This document shows positions 13,696 through 27,544 of a DNA stretch of 64,000 nucleotides, piece after piece. The stretch's first letter is position 1. The number at the start of each line of letters is the position of its first letter. Under the pieces are notes generated by a model, which saw nothing but the letters and a program-made list of their open reading frames with translations, did no database searches and was not told the origin of the DNA. The stretch comes from Raja brachyura (Eukaryota): contig OY740801.1 in the NCBI GenBank assembly GCA_963514005.1, positions 33,418,001-33,482,000 of the forward strand, in the 5' to 3' direction. The position numbers and the translations under genes were made by a program.

Positions 13696-14349
13696 TGCAA
13701 GATTCACGGCCTGAAAATCAAAAACACCTGTAGATTCTGAAAATCTAAAATAAAATCAGAAACTGCTTGAACTACTCAGTAAGTCAGGCCACACCTGTGG
13801 GGAAATTGAGTTTTGTTTGCGGTTGAATACCTTTAGATTGAACTTCTTAGGGAAAAAACTGCAGATTGCTGGTTTATACTGAAGATAGACACAAAATGCT
13901 GGAGCAACTCAGTGGGCCAGGCAGTGTCTCTGGAGAAAAGGAAGAGATAATGTTTCGGGTTAGAACACTTCAGACTTTTCCAAGGAAATTTGTTGCTTGA
14001 TTTGGTTTGAGAGTTTGCGATTTTGTGACCCAGAAAATTCCTGCATGTCACCCAACATTTTGTCTGCTTTTCCTTGTATTTAACCTTCCAAAGATCCACA
14101 GCCTGGAGAACTATGGATTTCTGCAACAGCTTTATGCCTCTACTTGGCTGCAAGGCAGCCACTAGGAGGCAGAGGTGCCTCATTCAGAATTTAAACGTTA
14201 CCTTGACCCCTATAGTATTTTTTCAGAGGCTATGCTGTATTAACAGCTGAAAGCGTTGAAAGGAGTCACTGAGATGATAAAATTTGCAATTTAGTAATGC
14301 AGCAAAATTCACTGGGTTTTAAATTTCAAAAGATGAATATTTGAATGAT

Positions 14350-14531
14350 GGTAGACAAAATTGTTGGAGAAACTCAGCGGGTGCGGCAGCATCTATGGAG
14401 CGAAGGAAATGAAGAAGGGTTTCGGCCCGAAACGTTGCCTATTTCCTTCGCTCCATAGATGCTGCCGCACCCGCTGAGTTTCTCCAGCAATTTTGTCTAC
14501 CTTCGACTTTCCAGCATCTGCAGTTCCTTCT
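14350..14531. mobile_element. Penelope-derived foldback insert with hammerhead-like core
   Basis: ~60-bp inverted arms around TGAAGAAGGGTTTCGGCCCGAAACGTT; 16-bp TSD TGAATATTTGAATGAT. Confidence 0.8.
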
Positions 14532-14547
14532 TGAATATTTGAATGAT

Positions 14548-15032
14548 CAAAAGTCAAAGTCAAAAGTCAAAGTCAAACAAACTTTATTGTCATTTAGAAA
14601 TACATTGATATATGCAGTTCCAAACGAAATTACGTTGCATTTGGCTCCCTGTGCAACACGATAAATTAACAGAAGGATAGACATGGATAAAATGGATTAA
14701 AAGGATAAATAGACAATGGTGGCAGCCCATTACATGGCATTCAGGAGTCTGATGGTTCGTGGGAAGAAGCTGTTGCAGAACCTTGATGTTCTGCTCCTTA
14801 TGCTGCGATATCTTTTTCCCGAGGGCAGCAGAGTGAACAGTCCGTGATGGAGATGTGTGGGGTCTTTTATAATACTGCTGGCCTTAGACACGCAACGTTT
14901 GGTCGCAATATCTCCGATTGAGGGGAGAGAGGTCCTGATGATTTTTTCCGCTGTCCTCACCACTCTCTGCACAGACTTCCAGTCGGAGGCTCTACAGTCC
15001 CCAAACCAGACAGAGATACAGCTGGTCAGATC
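14548..15032 (-). mobile_element. Rex1/Babar LINE 3' end
   Basis: LTSCISVWFG..QRVVRTAEKII..FTLLPSGKRYRSI..NSFFPRTIRLLN; tail TGACAATAAA + (TTTGAC)n. Confidence 0.88.
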
Positions 15033-16597
15033 ATCTTCATAAGGACAATATATATTTTTAAAGTTCATGGATAATTCATCCTAAGATTTCTCAATTAAAA
15101 TTAGAAAATTGCTGGAAAATCACAGCTGGTCAGTCAACCTCCATGGGAAGATAAACTGTTCACATCTTGGGTTGAGGCCGCTTCATCAGAACTAATAAAC
15201 ATTTTTGTAAGCAAAAAACAATGTGCTGGAGGAACTCAGCGGGTCAGGCAGCATCTGGGGAGAAAATGGATGAATGATGTTTCAGGTCAGGAAGATTCGT
15301 CAGACTGATGAAGTAGGAGGGAGAAAGCTGGAAAGGAGGACTGGGCATGTTGCAGAACCTGGCAAGTGATGGGTGAAATTAGGTTGATGGAGAAGTGATA
15401 GATCTAAAAAGGAGACAACAGGGTGTCAAATAAGGGAAGGAGGGGTGGGTGATGAGCATACGGAGGATGGGAAAGGAGAAGAGAAAAGGTGTTGGGAGAT
15501 GACGAGGGAAATGTGCATGTGGGTTTCCTCCTGGTGTTCCGGTTTCCTCCCACATCTCAAAGGCGTGTAGGTTTGTAGGTTAATTGGCCTCCATAAATTG
15601 CCCCTAGTGTGTAGGGAGTGGATGGAAAGGTGAGATAACATTGAACTAGTCAGAACAGGTGATTGATGGTCTTTGTGAAAGGCCTGTCTCCATGCTGTAT
15701 CTTTCAATCAATATTCAATCACATGTGTGTGCCACTTGGTTATTTCAGCTCTAAGACAGAGCCCAGAATATTAACTTATTTCTATCTTCCAATGAGCATT
15801 GAAAGACCTGCTATGTTTTTCCAGCATTATCTATTTTTGTTTAATTTTCTGTATTGACAGGACTGTGCATTTTATTTTCATGCCCATTGAGATTTGGAGT
15901 GGAACCACTTGACTGCCACTTGAGAGGATATTCAGAGTTAAGTTTTACTTGGGGCGTAGTTTCAGATTAATCTGCATTGCTGCTGCATTACAATTCACTC
16001 TGTGTCGTTTTCGGCTCGCTTCTCCCACCCTTTCCATACGTAGCTGGATAACGGCTGACAAATCTTGCCCAGTCGAGAACGGACAGAGTTTTCCAAGACC
16101 AGGATATACAATATTCCCACTCATTGATATGGGAAAGGAACGAGACAGTGAGGGACAATGACCACTCCCGAGGATATTCCTAGTGATCTACTTTAAACTC
16201 TAGCCGAATTCTTACTTGACCCCATCCATCATATCACACAAATCTGGGAACAGAACTGATTGAAGTGAATATTTTAAACTTTCTTTGTTTGGTATAGAAC
16301 AATGTGGAAAAACAAAATCCACAACCCTCGTGGAAAACGTTTCGTTTTGATTGTCGTCAAGGCATGTTGAGTGTGGAGTGTGTTTGTACAGAAGTATAAA
16401 ACTGTTATGGCATAGATGGAGACAAATTAATTCATCAAGTCCATGCCGGCTTTCTGTAAGGCAATCTATTCTGTCCCATTTTCCCACTTTTTATCCATAT
16501 GTCAGTGTCTATCCAATTCCCCTCCAATGCTCTGATTCTTTTCTCCACCATTGCAGAAAACGCGCTCCAGATTTTCTCCACTATTGTATTAGAGTCA

Positions 16598-18742
16598 TAG
16601 AAACATAGAAATTAGGTGCAGGAGTAGGCCATTCAGCCCTTCGAGCCTGCACCGCCATTCAATATGATCATGGCTGATCATCCAACTCAGTATCCCGTAC
16701 CTGCCTTCTCTCCATACCCTCTGATCCCCTTAGCCACAAGGGCCACATCTAACTCCCTCTTAAATATAGCCAATGAACTGGCCTCAACTACCCTCTGTGG
16801 CAGAGAGTTCCAGAGACCCACCACTCTCTGTGTGAAAAAAGTCCTTCTCATCTCGGTCCTAAAGGATTTCCCCCTTATCCTTAAGCTGTGACCCCTTGTC
16901 CTGGACCTCCCCAACATCGGGAACAATCTTCCTGCATCTAGCCTGTCCAACCCCTTTAGAATTTTGTACGTTTCTATAAGATGCCCTCTCAATCTCCTAA
17001 ATTCTAGAGAGTATAAACCGAGCTAACATACCATTCGCTTTCTTCACTGCCTGCAGCACCTGCATGCCTACTTTCAATGACTGGTGTATCATGACACCCA
17101 GGTCGCGCTGCATCTCCCCTTTTCCTAATCGGCCACCATTTAGATAATAGTCTGCTTTCCTATTATTGCCACCAAAGTGGATAACCTCACATTTATCCAC
17201 ATTATACTGCATCTGCCAAACATTTGCTCACTCACCCAGCCTATCCAAGTCATCTTGCAGTCTCCTAGCATCCTCCTCACAGCTAACACTGCCCCCCAGC
17301 TTAGTGTCATCCGCAAACTTGGAGATATTGCCTTCAATTCCCTCATCCAGATCATTAATGTATATTGTAAATAGCTGGGGTCCCAGCACTGAGCCTTGCG
17401 GTACCCCACTAGTCACTGCCTGCCATTGTGAAAAGGACCCGTTTACTCCTACTCTTTGCTTCCTGTTTGCCAGCCAGTTCTCTATCCACATCAATACTGA
17501 ACCCCCAATGCCGTATGCTTTAAGTTTGCATACTAATCTCTAATGTGGGACCTTGTCGAAAGCCTTCTGGAAGTCCAGATACACCACATCCACTGGTTCT
17601 CCCCTATCCACCCTACTAGTTACATCCTCGAAAAATTCCACAAGATTCGTCAGACATGATTTACCTTTCATAAATCCATGCTGACTTTGTCCAATGATTT
17701 CACCACTTTCCAAATGTGCTGCTATGCCATCTTTAATAACTGACTCTAGCAGTTTCCCCACTACCGATGTTAGACTAACTGGTTTGTAATTCCCCGTTTT
17801 CTCTCTCCCTCCCTTCTTAAAAAGAGGGGTTGCGTTTGCTACCCGCCAATCCTCAGGAACTACTCCAGAATCTAAAGAGTTTTGAAAGATTATCACTAAT
17901 GCATCCACTATTTCCAGAGCTACTTCCTTAAGTACTCTGGGATGCAGCCTATCTGGCCCTGGGGATTTATCGGCCTTTAATCCATCAATTTACCCAACAC
18001 CACTTCCCGACTAACCTGGATTTCACTCAATTCCTCCTTTGACCCGCGGTCCCCTGCTATTTCCGGCAGATTATTTGTCTTCCTTAGTGAAGACGGAACC
18101 AAAGTAGTTATTCAATTGGTCCGCCATATCCTTGTTCCCCATGATCAACTCACCTGTTTCTGACTGCAAGGGACCTACATTTGTTTTAACTAATCTCTTT
18201 CTCTTCACATATCTATAAAAACTTTTGCAGTCAGTTTTTATGTTCCCTGCCAGTTTTCTTTCATAATCTATTTTTCCTTTCCTAGTCAAGCCCTTTGTCC
18301 TCCTCTGCTGGTCTCTGAATTTCTCCCAGTCCTCTGGTATGCTGCTTTTTCTGGCTACTTTGTATGCATCATCCTTTGCTTTGATACTATCCCTGATTTC
18401 CCTTGTTATCCATGGGTGCACTACCTTCCCTGATTTATTCTTTTGCCAAACTGGGATGAACAATTTTTGTAGTTCATCTATGCAGTCTTTAAATGTCTTC
18501 CATTGCGTATCCACCGTCAACCCTTTTAGAATTGATTGCCAGTCAATCTTGGCCAATTCACGTCTCATACCCTCAAAGTTACCTTTCTTTAAGTTCAGAA
18601 CCATTGTTTCTGAATTAACAATGTCACTCTCCATCCTAATGAAGAACTCGACCATATTATGGTCACTCTTGCCCAAGGGGGCACGCACAACAAGACTGCT
18701 AACTAACCCTTCCTCATTACTCAAAACCCAGTCTAAAGTAGC
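16598..18742 (-). mobile_element. CR1-clade LINE (HER1-like), 5'-truncated ORF2 with RT
   Basis: ORF pieces: EN end (LGKSDHNMVEF), [67 protein letters not shown]; tail (CTATGTTT)n; internal deletion near 17020. Confidence 0.95.
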
Positions 18743-18975
18743 CAGTATTAAAATACCCTTGCTCGCAAATCCTTTTATATTTCTTGCCTTTCACTTCAAC
18801 TTTGCTTCCTTGCATCCGTATCATCTGCTAATGGCAACAGCCTTCCCCTGTTAGCCTTGTAGTACATTATCAAAACTCCTCTCAGTCTTGTTTGCTTTAA
18901 GGAGAGGCAGTGCCATGACACAACTAGTGACCTGGGTTCAGTCATGAGCTCCAGTGCCCTACCAGCTGCTTGCAA

Positions 18976-20123
18976 CAAAGATCCTATTGCGAGCCAGATA
19001 GTCCACTCCTGCTAAATGGAATGGGCTGATGTGTAGTACGCAACGGAGCGGAATGTGGGTCATTTCTTCGTCCCTTTCAGTAACCCGACCCGACTTTGTG
19101 TATCCCTCTCGCAGTGTAATCAGTGTTGCGGGGGAACAGTTTGTTTGTGTGATATAGGGTTAGATTCCTAATTCTGTTAATTCATAATAATGATACATTT
19201 TGTTAAAGATTAATATGTTAACAAATTATGATTCTGTTAATTGTCTTTTTTAATGTTTTTTTTAAAAGCTTTTCTTTTTAAATGGTTTGTGTGCTGTGTT
19301 TGAGTTGATTTTTGAAATACACTTGCACTCTAATTCATCTAATCACACTGTTCACAACTATGGTATTTGGAAAAATAATAGCAATATGAAGATTCCATTA
19401 GCTCTACTCTTGGAATGTTCCTTAATGTTTTTTTGTGTCTATGGTATTGTTTTTCAACAATAAAATGGGTCTCGTCTTCCCAATCGCCAGAGAGTGGAAT
19501 GAGATCTGTCTGTAATGGTGGGGTTATCTAAATTAAGTATTTAACAAAATAAAATTAGTTTTGAGCTACATTAAAAAACGATCTATAACTTAAGGATGGT
19601 TTTATTCAGCGAGCATACAACTGATTAGATTGTGTAGGAAAGAACACACATACATGCATATATGAATGTGATATAGATGTTTATAATCATATAACACACA
19701 ATATATATTTCTCCAGATTTTTATATATGATAAACTTTATTTCGGACTCAAGGCCCAGACAAGGGACAACATTACATCAAAATACATTGCAAACCTCCCC
19801 GCAACTTTACCCTGGCGTCCCAGCCATGCTGACTTCCCACACGCTGTGGAAGGAACATAGGCATCTTTTTGCTTTTTATTGTGAGACAGAGAGGCAGAAA
19901 GAAAATGAGGCGAAGATTTTACCAAAGATGTTTGATTTTTACGAGCATGTTTCTGTAACCGGCCACTGTCTCTGCACTAGTATCTTTGCTCCACTATTGG
20001 ATCTTTTGTGCGGAGACGGAAGCCGGTTACGGAAATGGGGCCGAAAATTACCCATTAATCTGCCTATGACCGTACTATGTCTTTTTCGTCGAGTGGACTA
20101 TCTTGCTCGCTATAGGATCTTTG
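18976..20123. mobile_element. Non-autonomous TIR DNA transposon, P-element-like (hAT not excluded)
   Basis: ~33-bp TIRs CAAAGATCCTAT(T/A)GCGAGC(C/A)AGATAGTCCACTC; 8-bp TSD GCTTGCAA / GTTTGCAA; no transposase ORF seen. Confidence 0.8.
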
Positions 20124-20664
20124 GTTTGCAAGGTCTCTGTGTGCACCTGAGTTTCCCTGGTTCTCTCCCACATACCAAAGATTTGCAGGTAGTTTGGATT
20201 GATTGACCATTTTTCCTATTGAGTAGGTGAGAGGCAGAATATGAGAGGCCGTGATGAGATTGAAGGGAGAATAAAATGGGATTTGCGTCTGCAGATGCTG
20301 ACTCATTTCACTGAAGGGACTGCTTTTGTGCTGTGTGACTGTGACTCTGCATATCAAAATAGCAATAGTTTTAGCACTGACCCTGAGAACACAGCTGTCT
20401 AGCTTATTCCAGTCTTGACTTTCTGCTTGTTCTCCATGAGCCTACTTTTCAGCCATGCTGCTGTTAACCCATTCACTCCATTGGCTTTTCAGGTTACCTG
20501 AAAAGTTACATGATAATGGCTTCTGGAAATACCTAGCATCTAGGGAGAGAGAAACAGAGTTTACATTTCATCAGAAAGGGGAAAAAATTAAGATCTTTAG
20601 GTTTTAACAATCAAGGAACGGAAGTTCAGAAGAAGGAAAGAACAAAAAAGGTTGGTGACTGGAG

Positions 20665-20985
20665 GGTGGCCAGTGGTAGAGCTGCTCCCTCACAGCAGCT
20701 GAGACTCGGTTCAATCCTGACTATGGTTCCTGTCCAAAGATCCTATAGCGGTAGGATCTTTGGACCTGTCTGTGTGGAGTTTGTAAATTCGCCCTGTGAC
20801 AGCTTGGGATTTCTCTGGGTTCTCCGGTGTCCTTCCAAATCCCAAAGACGTGCGGGTTTGGAGGTAAATTGGCTTCTGTAAATTGTCCCCAGTGTGTAGG
20901 ATAGGACAAGTGTACGGGTGATTGATGGTCAGTGTGGACTTGAAGGGCCGAAGGGCTTATATCCTCACTTTATCTCTAAACTGAA
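20665..20985 (+). mobile_element. HE1-type SINE carrying the 28-bp transposon remnant
   Basis: A/B boxes, core and tail; interrupted at 20735-20770. Confidence 0.85.
20735..20762. mobile_element. 28-bp TIR-only remnant of the same transposon family, inside a SINE
   Basis: CAAAGATCCTATAGCG-G-TAGGATCTTTG flanked by TTCCTGTC / GACCTGTC. Confidence 0.8.
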
Positions 20986-22097
20986 CGGGATGAAGATCGG
21001 GAAAGATGAATGACACAAAGGTATGATGATGCAGGGTGGGTTGTATTGAGACAAATAAAGAAAAAGTAGCTGGGTCTGGAGGAAGTGCAAGTGGGAATTA
21101 TCTCAAACGGCTGAAGTCAGTGCTGTCTGGTCAAAGAATGAGAAAGAGTTCCACATGCTTCAGGGATGTGGCCTACTCCTGTTCCTCATTTGTATGAGTT
21201 AAATTTGAGCTTCACTAAAAGAATGTAGGAGACCGAGGACAGGGAGGTCATTGTGCAACCAGGTCTATTCTGGGACATTAAACAAATTGCTACCGATGCT
21301 GTAAATTAAAAATAAAAAGAGGAAATATTGTAAATGCTCAACTGGTGAGGTGGCCTAAGTCGACACAGAATTAATGTCAGATTGATGATTTTTCAGCAAA
21401 ACTGGGAAAAATTAGACACAGGGTTTGAGATTCTGGGAAAGTGTTTCGACAGATAATACCATACTCAAGTTAAGGACCAATAGAGTCATACAGTGTGGAA
21501 ACAGGTCTCTTGGCCCAAATTTCCCACACCGAGTAACATGTCGTACATGTGGCCCATATCCCTCTAAACCTATCCTATCCATGCACCTCTCGAAATGTTT
21601 CTTAAACATTGTGATAGTACCCGCCTCAACTACCTCCTGCAACAGTTCATTCCATAGACCCACCACCCTTTCAGTAAAAAAAGTTGGAGAGAGAGAGAGA
21701 GAAGGGGGAGAGAGAGTGAGGGGTTTTGGAGAAGGTACAAAGGAAGAATAGAAATGCAAGAGTATTTATGTTACAAACAAATGAACAAATTGGTTCTCTT
21801 TTCTCTTGTGAAAACTGAATGAGGTCTTTAATTTATGATCGATTTTGATCAAATGGATTCAGGAAGAATGTTTCTATTTGGAAATAAGGGCAGAACCAGA
21901 GGATGTAGTCACCAAGAAATCCAAATGGGAATTCAGAAGAAATCTGAAGAAGGGTTTCGACCCAAAACGTCACCCATTCCTTCTCACCAGAGATGCTGCC
22001 TGCCTGAGTTACTCCAGCTGTTTATGTTTTATCTTCAGAAGAAACTTCCTTACTCAAGAGTGATTGTGGGATTGCTATCCCACAGAGTGATTTAAGT

Positions 22098-24016
22098 AAA
22101 GTGTTCAAACCCTTAATAATCTTATATGTTTCAATAAGATACCCTCTCATCCTTCTACATTTCAGAGTATACAAACCCAGCCACTCCATTCTCTCAGCAT
22201 ATGACAGTCCCTCCATCTCAGGAATTAACCTTGTGAACCTACGTTGCACTCCCTCAATAGCAAGAATGTTCTTCCTCAAATTTGGAGACCAAAACTGTAC
22301 ACAATACTCCAGGTGCGGCCTCACTTGGGGCCTGTACAACTGTAGAAGGACCTCTTTGCTCCTATATTCAACTTCTCTTGTTATGAAGGCCAACATGCCA
22401 TTCGTTTTCTTCCAGTGCCTGCTGTACCTGCATGCTTACTTTAATTGACTGATGAATAAGGACCCCCAGATCCCGTTGTACTTCCCCTTTTCCCAACTTG
22501 ACACCATTTAGATAATAATCAGCCTTCTTGCTTTTGCTATCAAACTGGATAACCTCACTTTATCCACATTAAATTGCATCTGCCATGCATCTGCCCACTC
22601 ACCCAACCTGTCCAAGTCACCTTGCATTCTCATAGCATCCTCGTCACAGTTCACACTGCCACCCAGCTTTGTGTCATCTGCAAATTTGTTACTGTTACTT
22701 GTAATCTCTTCATCTAAATCATTAATAAATATTGTAAATAGCTGTGGTCCCAGCACCGAGCCTTGCGGTACCCCACTAGTCTCTGCCTGCCATTCTGAAA
22801 GGGACCCGTTAATCCCTTTGTTTCCTGTCTGCCAACCAATTTTCTATCCACGTCAGCACTCTACCCCCATTACCATGTGCCCTAATTTTGCCCACTAATC
22901 TATGTGGGACCTTATTGAATGCTTTCTGTAAGTCCAGGTACATTACACCCACTGTATCTCCCTTATCCATTTTCCTAGTTACATCCTCAAAAAAGTTCCA
23001 AAAGATTAGTCAAGCATGATTTTCCCTTCATAAATCCATAGTGACTCGGACCGATCCTGTTACTGCTATCCAAATGTGCCGTTATTTCATCTTTTATGAT
23101 TGACTCCAGCATCTTCTCCACCACTGATATCAGGCTAACTGGTCTATAATTCCCTGTTTTCTCTCTCCCACCTTTCTTAATAAGTGGGATAACATTAGCT
23201 ACCCTCCAATCCACGGGAACTGATCCTGAATCTATAGAAAATTGGCAAGTGATCACCAATGCGTCCACGATTTCTAGAGTCCCTTCCATAAGTACCCTGG
23301 GATGCAGACCACCAGGCCCTGGGGATTTATCAGCCTTCAGTCCCATCAGTCTACCCAACACCGTTTCCTGCCTAATGTGGATTTTCCACAGTTCCTCCGT
23401 CACCCCAGGTCCTGTGGCCACCAGTACATCAGGAAGATTGTTTGTGTCTTCCTTAGTGAAGATGGATCCAAATTACTTGTTCAAGTCATCTGCCATTTCC
23501 TTGTTTCCCATAATAAATTCACCCTTTTCAGTCTTCAAGAGTCCAACTTGGGTCTTAACTAATTTTTTCTTCTTCACATACCTAAAGAATCTTTTACTAC
23601 CCTCCTTTATATTCTTGGCTAGCTTATCTTCGTACCTCATCTTTTCTCCCCGTATTACCTTTTTATTTATCTACTGATCTTTAAACGTTACCCAATCCTC
23701 TGGCTTCCCACTCATCTTTGCAATGTTGTATTTATCTTTTATTTTTATACTGTCCCTGACTTCCCTTGTCAGCCACGGTCACCCCTTACTCCCGTTGGAA
23801 TCTTTCTTCCTCTGGAATGAACTGATACCACATCTTCTGTATTATTCCCAGAAATACCTGCCATTGTTGTTCCACTGTCATCCCTGCAAGGTATCGTTCC
23901 AGTCAACTTTGGCCAGCTCCTCCCTCATGGTTCCATAGTCCCCTTTGTTCAACTGTAATACTGACATCTCCGATTTACCCTTCTCCCTCTCAAATTGTAG
24001 ATTAAAACGTATCATA
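22098..24016 (-). mobile_element. CR1-clade LINE ORF2 fragment
   Basis: [44 protein letters not shown]; several frameshifts. Confidence 0.93.
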
Positions 24017-24289
24017 ACCCTACCACTACACCACTCTGCTGCCCTTCTGAGCCATATGTTCCACCTAAGTTACTTCGAAGGCTAAATTCTGAGAATGACA
24101 AAAATCTCCAATAAATACAGGAAATATTGGAAAGATTCAATCTGCAGATTGAAAAAACCCCCACATTTTTGGGTTAGAGACCTTGAACTGTGAAATGGTG
24201 AAGATGTGGGTTTTAACCATGCACGGGTGCTTGGAAAGCTGCACCAGGTAGGGAAGATCTGTGATAGTGGTGGAAGTAATGAAGAACTT

Positions 24290-25015
24290 GAAGCAAAATT
24301 TGTCCTGGATCATATACAGTAAACACATCACATACAGAAAACAAGTAGCAAGCGCGAGGGGAAGGCTGGTGGTGTGTGTGTTGGTCTGGGCTACATCCAA
24401 AACTCTCTGCAATTGCTTTCAGTCTTGGGCAGAGCAGTTGCCAAACCAAGCTGTGATGCATCCTGTAAGAATGCTTTGTACAGTGGATCTGTAGAAGTTT
24501 GTAAGACGCATTGGAGACATGTCAAACCTTCTTAGTCTTTTGAGGAAATAGGGGCATTGTTGTACTTTTTTGGCCATAGCTTCAGTGTGGTTGGTCCAGG
24601 ACAGATTGTTGATATTTACACCGAGAAACAAAATGCTCTTGACCATGTCCACTTCAGTACCATTGATGCTGACTGGGCATAAATACCTCACTTTCTAAAG
24701 TCAATAACTGGCTCCATCCTGCTGGCATTGAGAGAGGCTGTTGTTTTGACACAAACTCTCTCTTCCCATTACTTCATCTTATCATTGTTTGACATTCAGC
24801 CCACTACAGCGGAGTCATCTGCAAACTCGTAAAAGGAGTTTTGGGCAGAATTTGGCCATACAGTCATGAGTGAATAGGGAGTACAGTATGTTTTGTTGTT
24901 GGGCACTGTTGTTGAGAATTAGAGTGGAGGATATTTTGTTGCCTATCCTCACTGATTGTGATCTATGGGTTAGGAAGTCAAGGATCCATTGCAGAGGGGG
25001 TGCTGACTCATAGCT
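24290..25015 (-). mobile_element. Rex1/Babar LINE RT fragment
   Basis: WILDFLTHRSQSVRIG, LYSLFTHDC, FLGVNI..LSWTNH..KKVQQCPYFLKRLRRF..FYRSTVQSILTGCITAWFGN. Confidence 0.85.
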
Positions 25016-27544
25016 CGAGGCGTTTGGAGATGGGTGGGTGCTTAGTGTTGCTGCTGCACTGCTCCAACAATCTAGGTCCAATGTTGATGGTGTGGAGTTC
25101 ATACATTCATCCTGTATCCTGTCTACGTGGGTTTTCTTTAAGTGCTCTGTTTTCCTGCCAAACTCCAAAGGTGTGCTGGTTGGTAGGTTAGCTGACCAGT
25201 GTAAATTAAGAGCAAAACACAAAGTACTGAAGAAACTCAGGGGGGGTCAGGCAGTATCTGTGAAGGGAATCAGTGACAATTTGGGTTGGGACCCTTCGAG
25301 TTCCTCCAATAAGATGAAAGATTCCGGTATCTGCAGTTTATTGTATCTCCAGTGTAAATTATGCCTTAGGTGGGTGACGGGAGAACGAGGAGGAAGTTCA
25401 GGGGCATGTATAAGAGGATAGGGTGCAGGGAAATAACTGATCGGAATGCTGAGAGCACAGACTCACCAGGACAAAAGTATGCATGTGGGCTGAGAGGAAC
25501 TGAAAGTTATAGAACATAGAAGTCATAGTCACTGGAAGTCATAGCAACAACGAAAGTATTACCAGTAATAAACAGACAGGGATATCTGAGAGTGTATTCC
25601 AAATATTCCCATGGGTTCTCCATTTAGTAAACGGGGTTAAAATGTTTACATCAGATTCTTTTGACATTGGCTATTTCCACCATGGGCCTTATGCTTTTGT
25701 CATCCTGAACTCTGACGACATTTACCAATCTCGCTTTACTCTGCAGGTAACATTCACATTATTTCCCAGTTAACCCATTAATTGGACGACAATTTGAATG
25801 TTATCCTTGCATCAAGCTCTTCCGTTCATCTGCAGTTCGGTGGTAAAACCATGACATTTTGACTCGTAACTTTCTGAACATGAGAATTTAAACCAGCACA
25901 CCAATGAACTACTTGGGTGAGTGATAGTTGGTATGGACTCGGTGGGCCAAAGGGCCTGTTTTTATGCTGCATCTCTAAACTACACTAAACTTTCTGTCTT
26001 GCATTTGCTAACTATTCCATTTAAAAGTTCTTCTAGCAGATGGCTTCAGGTATTTTGTAAATGGATGATGAGGAGAGTAGCTCAAGTCGAACCACGTTCT
26101 CTTATTCTAAAAGTCAAAGAAACAGGCTCTTTAGCCCACCAAGTCCATGCCAACCATCAGGTACTCATCCACACTAATTCTCTCTACTGGACAGTGTTAA
26201 CTGTATCGCTGGAGATAAGTGGGTGGGTTGTAAGGACATGGGTACAAAGCGAGACATAATGTATGAAGACACAAGTGACTGCAGACACTGGAATCTTGAG
26301 CAAAATCAAAGTGCTGAGGAATGCAGTGGGTCAGGAGGTATCTGTGACGCGAAATGGACAGATAACGTTTTGGATTGGAACCCTTCTTCAAGACTGAAGC
26401 AAATGGAAGATATCTGGTAGAGGGAGGTGAGTGAGGTAAGAGGGATAGGTGGATCCAGGTAAGGATACTGCATCCCTTGTTGTGATTTAGCTGGCTGTTA
26501 CTTGCTCCGCCTCATGTATAGTTTCATAGAATTCAACATGCATGTTGAGTAATGGCCAGTTAGTGCCTGATTTATAGCCTTAACCACATTAATTTCACTG
26601 CCTTTGAATCCGCTGGCCTGCATGTTCCAATTGTTTAGTCCTTGAATTAATGATTAGAAACACTTATTGCTGTTCCACAAAATGGAGCTCACTACCATGC
26701 CGCTTACAAACTTCTACACATGCTCATGATTATACATGGTGTTCTTAAAAAGAAAAAAAAACATTGTGTTCTTATAGTGGATACAACAACAAAAATAACA
26801 ACACCTCAGAATGTTCCTGACAAAATGTAATCCCACAGAAATCATCCATTTCCTTACTATAATGATTGAAGTTCAGCTTTTGTTCAGTTTGTTTATAATG
26901 GACAAAGTAGTTTCTGGGAGTTTACAAAGAACAATACAAACTGTAGCAGAATAAGAATGTAACGTGGCCTGTCTAGTACATATTTTTGCATTATGATTGA
27001 AGGGAGAATGTTCATTGGGTGACTTGTTAATATAATCCTTGTTACATTCTTCTGGCACAGTCCACAAAATTGTTTGTTTCAAGGCCAGCAATTTCAGTTG
27101 CTTGCTGGTCATGCATTATTTCTACTTGGCACATACTGCATAAAAACAGGACTAATCGGCCCAACACATCTGAGCTCCTCCACGGCTGATACTATTTAAT
27201 CCCAGCCTTCAAATCCTCTCTCCTTTACAGGCTACTTGCATGCATTGTATGGTGACCCAATGACTAAATCTCCTTTAGATGAAATACATTTAGGATCATC
27301 TGGAACATGAGGGCAGAAAGAAGACTATCCAAAGCATAAGGGCACTTCACAAGATAATCTAGCCTATGAGATGACTATTTAAATTCATTAAAGTATATCC
27401 AATTAGGTTTTGTGCATGAGGCTCAACAGATCAAGCTGATTTCTTGTTGTAATTTAAGTCGCTCATACTGAATACTTCATGAAAATCCCACTGAAGTGTT
27501 GTACATTATTTTGTGACACATAATTTTATTTAATTTGGCTGTTG

